Below are positions 34,686 to 38,090 of a stretch of DNA of 38,090 nt, piece after piece. A program made the position numbers and the translations under genes. Positions within the stretch are counted from its first letter, which is position 1. Every line of letters begins with the position of its first letter. The stretch lies in NCBI GenBank assembly GCA_043818655.1, contig JBDRFO010000027.1, forward strand, positions 1-38,090. Reading direction: 5' to 3'. Under the pieces are notes generated by a model. It ran no database searches and had not been told where the DNA came from. It was given only the letters and a program-made list of their open reading frames with translations. The DNA comes from Chloroflexota bacterium. Its GTDB lineage: Bacteria > Chloroflexota > Dehalococcoidia > Dehalococcoidales > JAZDNC01.

Positions 34686-35897
34686 ATGCCAAGTAATAGC
34701 TGTTTCTTCAGTTCACCGAAGTACTTATTTACCTCGGAATCAGTAACGGAAGGACATCCGGACAAGATATGCGACCAGATATCGGATGCTGTCCTGGATG
34801 ATATACTGAAAAATGACCCGAATGCCAGGGTTGCCTGCGAAACCGCTGTGACCAACGGGCTGGTTCTGGTAAACGGAGAGGTCACCACCGACACCTATGT
34901 GGATATTCAGGAAATTGTCCGCCGCACCATCGAGGAAATCGGCTACACGAAACCTGAGTACCTGTTTGATTTCCGCTCCTGCGGCGTCCTGGTTTCCATT
35001 AACAAACAGTCCCCCGATATTTCCCTGGGTGTGAGCCAGTCAGCCGAAACCAAGGCCGGTTCGACCGACCCACTGGATGCTGTCGGCGCCGGTGACCAGG
35101 GCATGATGTTCGGTTTTGCCTCCAATGACACCCCGGAACTAATGCCGCTGCCCATTATGCTGGCGCAAAAGCTTGTCATGCGCCTGGCTGAGGTAAGAAA
35201 GAAGGGGATCATCCCGTACCTCCGCCCCGATGGCAAATCCCAGGTCACCGTCGAGTATTCCTACGGAAAGCCCAAAAGGGTCGAAACCGTGGTCATCGCC
35301 GCCCAGCACGATCCCGTTGACCGTGATAAAATGAGAGCGGACATTATTGAGAAGGTTATTAAACCCATCATACCGGCAGGGTACATTGACAATAAAACCA
35401 ATTTTCTGGTCAACGCCACGGGTCGTTTTGTGCTCGGCGGCCCCGCCTCTGATTCGGGTTTTACCGGACGCAAGCTCCTGGTAGATACCTACGGAAGCAC
35501 TGCCCGGCACGGCGGCGGCGCTTTCTCCGGCAAGGACCCGACCAAGGTTGACCGCTCGGCATCCTATATGGCCCGCTACGCCGCCAAGAACCTTGTTGCC
35601 GCCGGACTCGCCGAGCAGGTAGAGCTGCAGGTCGCCTACGCGATCGGCGTGGCACATCCCCTGTCTCTCTCCATCGAGACCTTCGGCACAAGCAAACTGG
35701 AGGAGGCTGTCCTCCTTGCCCTGGTCGAAAAGCACTTTGACTTCCGCCCCGCCGGCATCATCAAGAGCTTCGATCTGCGTCGCCCGATATACCGGCAGAC
35801 AGCATCTTACGGGCATTTCGGACGAACTGATATTGACCTGCCGTGGGAGAAAACCGACAAGGCAGATATTCTGAGAAAAGAAGGACTGGGGAAATAG
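34686..35897 (+). CDS. metK: S-adenosylmethionine synthase
   Basis: The motifs [33 protein letters not shown], and [16 protein letters not shown] are present. Confidence 0.97.
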   Translation: MPSNSCFFSSPKYLFTSESVTEGHPDKICDQISDAVLDDILKNDPNARVACETAVTNGLVLVNGEVTTDTYVDIQEIVRRTIEEIGYTKPEYLFDFRSCGVLVSINKQSPDISLGVSQSAETKAGSTDPLDAVGAGDQGMMFGFASNDTPELMPLPIMLAQKLVMRLAEVRKKGIIPYLRPDGKSQVTVEYSYGKPKRVETVVIAAQHDPVDRDKMRADIIEKVIKPIIPAGYIDNKTNFLVNATGRFVLGGPASDSGFTGRKLLVDTYGSTARHGGGAFSGKDPTKVDRSASYMARYAAKNLVAAGLAEQVELQVAYAIGVAHPLSLSIETFGTSKLEEAVLLALVEKHFDFRPAGIIKSFDLRRPIYRQTASYGHFGRTDIDLPWEKTDKADILRKEGLGK

Positions 35898-35993
35898 CTG
35901 TCAAAAGCCAGGAGTGAGGGACTATCGGTAGCGAAAGACCTGTGAAGACGTAAAATCCCGGCGATTAATTTATCCTTTTTGACCGGGGCGCTT

Positions 35994-36052
35994 AAGAGGG
36001 GTGCAGACCCCTCTTCCAAAACCATCCCCTTCCCCTGACATGGGAGGGGGAT
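35994..36052. repeat. pair of G/C-rich hairpins downstream of metK
   Basis: The first hairpin is AAGAGGGG-tgcaga-CCCCTCTT (35994-36015). The second is ATCCCCTTCCC-ctgacat-GGGAGGGGGAT (36024-36052, 11 bp including one G.U). Neither has a U-tract. Confidence 0.55.
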
Positions 36053-36096
36053 TAAGGGGATAGGGTAACCAGATAGAACCACAGAGGGGGTGAGGC

Positions 36097-37524
36097 ATGA
36101 AAAACCCAATCAAGTTTGGTACTGACGGCTGGCGCGGTATTATTGCCGAAGACTTTACCTTTGATAATGTCAGGATTTGCGCCCAAGGGGTTGCCGATTA
36201 CCTGAAAAAGAAAGAGCTTGCCCACATGGGACTTGTCATTGGCTACGATACCCGCTTTGCCTCCGAAGATTTCGCCAGGGCTGCTGCCGAGGTAATTTCC
36301 GGCAACGGCATCAAGGTATACCTGTGCCCCGAAGCAACGCCGACACCTGTCGTCAGCTACGGCGTTGTCGCCAAACAGGCGGCCGGTGCCATCATGATAA
36401 CTGCCAGCCATAATCCGTGCGCATGGAACGGCTTCAAGTATAAAACGCAGGATGGTGCCAGTGCTCCCCAGGAAGTGGTCTCGGAAATCGAGAAGAACAT
36501 CGCCCGTATTCTGAGCAAGCCGGAAATCAGGAGCACGACGCTCGCCAGTGCCGGCAATCAGGGTTTGCTGGAATATTTTAACATTGCCCCCTCCTATTTC
36601 ACCCATATCAGCCGGCTTGTTGATTTTGCCCGGCTCCGCCAGGCAAATATAAAGGTGGTCATCGATCCCATGTTCGGGGCGGGAATAGGCTACCTCAAAA
36701 GCGTTCTTGAGGGGGGCACGATCGAACTGACGGAGATAAATGGCACGCGTAACCCCTTGTTTCCGGGGATAAAACAACCGGAGCCGATCGCCGCCAACCT
36801 CGCCAGCCTCTCGGCAAAGATTAAGGAGCAGGGGGCAAATATCGGCATCGCGACCGACGGTGACGCCGACCGCGCTGGCATCATGGACGAAAACGGGGTC
36901 TTCCTGACCACCCTCCAGACCTTTGCCCTGCTCTGCCTTTACCTTCTTGAGGTACGCAAGGAGCAAGGTTTGATCGTCAAGACAATTACCACCGGCAGCA
37001 TGCCCGACCGTCTCGGAGAGATCTTCGGAGACGCTGTCCGTGAGACAAAAGTGGGGTTCAAGTATGTTGCCCCGTTGATGATTGAAGAGAATGCCCTTAT
37101 CGGTGGTGAGGAAAGCGGTGGCTATGGCTTCAGGGGACATGTCCCGGAACGCGACGGTATTCTTGCCGGGCTTTACTTCCTTGACCTGATGCAAAAGACA
37201 GGGAAAAGTCCCTCGGAGCTTATCAGCTATCTCTACAGCAAGGTAGGCCCGCATTACTTTAACCGCTGGGACATGGAGTTCCCCGAGGAAGAGCGTCAGG
37301 AAATTATCAAAAAGGTGAAAGGAAATGTCCCCCAGACCCTTGATGGCGTCAAGGTGCTGAAGATGGACACCCTTGACGGCTTCCGCTTTAACCTGGCGGA
37401 TAAGTCATGGCTGCTTATCAGATTCTCCGGCACCGAGCCGCTCCTCCGCATCTACGCCGAAACCGACAGTCCTGAGCGCGTGGAGAGACTGCTGGGGTTG
37501 GGAAAAGAGCTTGCCGGACTTTAA
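36097..37524 (+). CDS. phosphoglucomutase/phosphomannomutase-family protein
   Basis: The N-terminal FGTDGWRG, the active-site TASHNP, the Mg site ATDGDADR, and GEESGG are present. Confidence 0.94.
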   Translation: MKNPIKFGTDGWRGIIAEDFTFDNVRICAQGVADYLKKKELAHMGLVIGYDTRFASEDFARAAAEVISGNGIKVYLCPEATPTPVVSYGVVAKQAAGAIMITASHNPCAWNGFKYKTQDGASAPQEVVSEIEKNIARILSKPEIRSTTLASAGNQGLLEYFNIAPSYFTHISRLVDFARLRQANIKVVIDPMFGAGIGYLKSVLEGGTIELTEINGTRNPLFPGIKQPEPIAANLASLSAKIKEQGANIGIATDGDADRAGIMDENGVFLTTLQTFALLCLYLLEVRKEQGLIVKTITTGSMPDRLGEIFGDAVRETKVGFKYVAPLMIEENALIGGEESGGYGFRGHVPERDGILAGLYFLDLMQKTGKSPSELISYLYSKVGPHYFNRWDMEFPEEERQEIIKKVKGNVPQTLDGVKVLKMDTLDGFRFNLADKSWLLIRFSGTEPLLRIYAETDSPERVERLLGLGKELAGL

Positions 37525-37799
37525 TACGAATATGCATACGATGCCTGCAATAACCGATAAGACAAAGGCGTATTTTCCGCAGACAGGGAAGAATTCCCGC
37601 CGCGAAAGCGACAAGCATTACCCTGTTGCGGGCAGCATCGCAACTGCCCCCGCAGAAGCTGTTGCATAACTGTCCGGGGGTTCGAAACTAATACCAGGGT
37701 GAACATGACATTATCCATGTTGCAAGTCTGCGGGTTTCATCTTGACTCTGGTATAATTGCCTCCGGTTGAGCGATATGTCTTCACAAGAATAGAAACAC

Positions 37800-37827
37800 A
37801 AAAAGCCAGACACATTTTGTGTCTGGC
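37800..37827 (-). terminator. Rho-independent terminator downstream of rpsI
   Basis: On the minus strand a 9-bp stem, GCCAGACAC-aaaat-GTGTCTGGC, is followed by TTTTTGTGTTTC. Confidence 0.7.
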
Positions 37828-37945
37828 TCCTGTTTACCTGTTAAACGATGCGGAAACCGCCCATGCACACATGATTTAGAGGCGTTTCCCGCCATCTCAA
37901 GTCTCTTGCCGGGATAACCCGAACAGGACAGAGAAAGAATTTTCT

Positions 37946-38090
37946 TTACCGTTTGGTATACTGAGGTGCTTTCCTCGCCCTCTTGAGACCGGGTTTCTTT
38001 CTTTCCTTCACACGCGGGTCTCTGGTAAGCAACCCGTACTGGCGCAGGGGTGACTTGAAGCCCTCGTTGATGTTAACCAGCGCCCGGGCA
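37946..38090 (-). CDS. rpsI: 30S ribosomal protein S9, C-terminal part (5' end outside window)
   Basis: The translation ends ...[30 protein letters not shown], the canonical S9 tail. Confidence 0.93.
   Translation of the reverse strand, partial: ARALVNINEGFKSPLRQYGLLTRDPRVKERKKPGLKRARKAPQYTKR

Noticed and set aside
36052-37254. 400-aa ORF antisense to the PGM/PMM gene
   Set aside because: The same codon-aligned shadow-frame artefact applies (36097 - 36052 = 45). It has no homology signal and no RBS.
37670-37700. tRNA-like 'GGGGGTTCGAAAC' string (possible T-arm), and a general search for tRNA or tRNA-Sec
   Set aside because: There is no complementary 3' half of a T-stem, no acceptor stem, and no anticodon arm. 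No other GGTTCGAAT/GTTCAAAT-type T-loops occur in any spacer.

Overview
This 38.1-kb chromosomal segment is of mid GC content (about 50-55% by eye). It comes from a bacterium with sigma70-like promoters (TTGACA-N17-TATAAT type) and strong GGAGG ribosome-binding sites. I support about 35 protein genes, and almost all are housekeeping: lysR-type regulator, M20 peptidase, HIT, cupin, maf, rho, tal, pyrG, gatB, secG, cysS, cysE, ispF, ispD, radA, Na+-decarboxylase beta/gamma subunits, nth-like, ahcY, metK, PGM/PMM, and the rpsI 3' end. Several traits are reminiscent of uncultivated Chloroflexota/Dehalococcoidia-like lineages, but the window cannot prove this: a short MetE-like methyltransferase beside ahcY/metK, tail-anchored S-layer-like surface proteins, archaeal-type THEP1 and PK_C-like genes, and 'cattgcgag/gaagcaatc' repeats. 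I see no rRNA, tRNA, CRISPR array, transposase, integrase, or recognisable defence or toxin-antitoxin module, and I cannot honestly point to a new multi-gene system. Five things deserve a second look. (1) A small NifU/Nfu-type gene missed by the ORF track has an in-frame TGA exactly at the second Cys of its CxxC motif, followed by a GGU-loop hairpin, so it is a candidate CxxU selenoprotein. (2) Two families of palindromic MITE/REP-like elements fill nearly every intergenic spacer (at least 13 and at least 6 copies), including one nested insertion. (3) Two large tail-anchored surface proteins are present, one a 1039-aa BNR/Asp-box propeller protein and one carrying a (GY)n low-complexity insert. 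(4) A 5' remnant of a DUF62 SAM-hydrolase-like gene is cut off exactly at the cysS stop codon. (5) A compact methyl-cycle cluster sits behind a long unexplained leader. The many long antisense ORFs in the track are codon-aligned shadows of real genes and are rejected.
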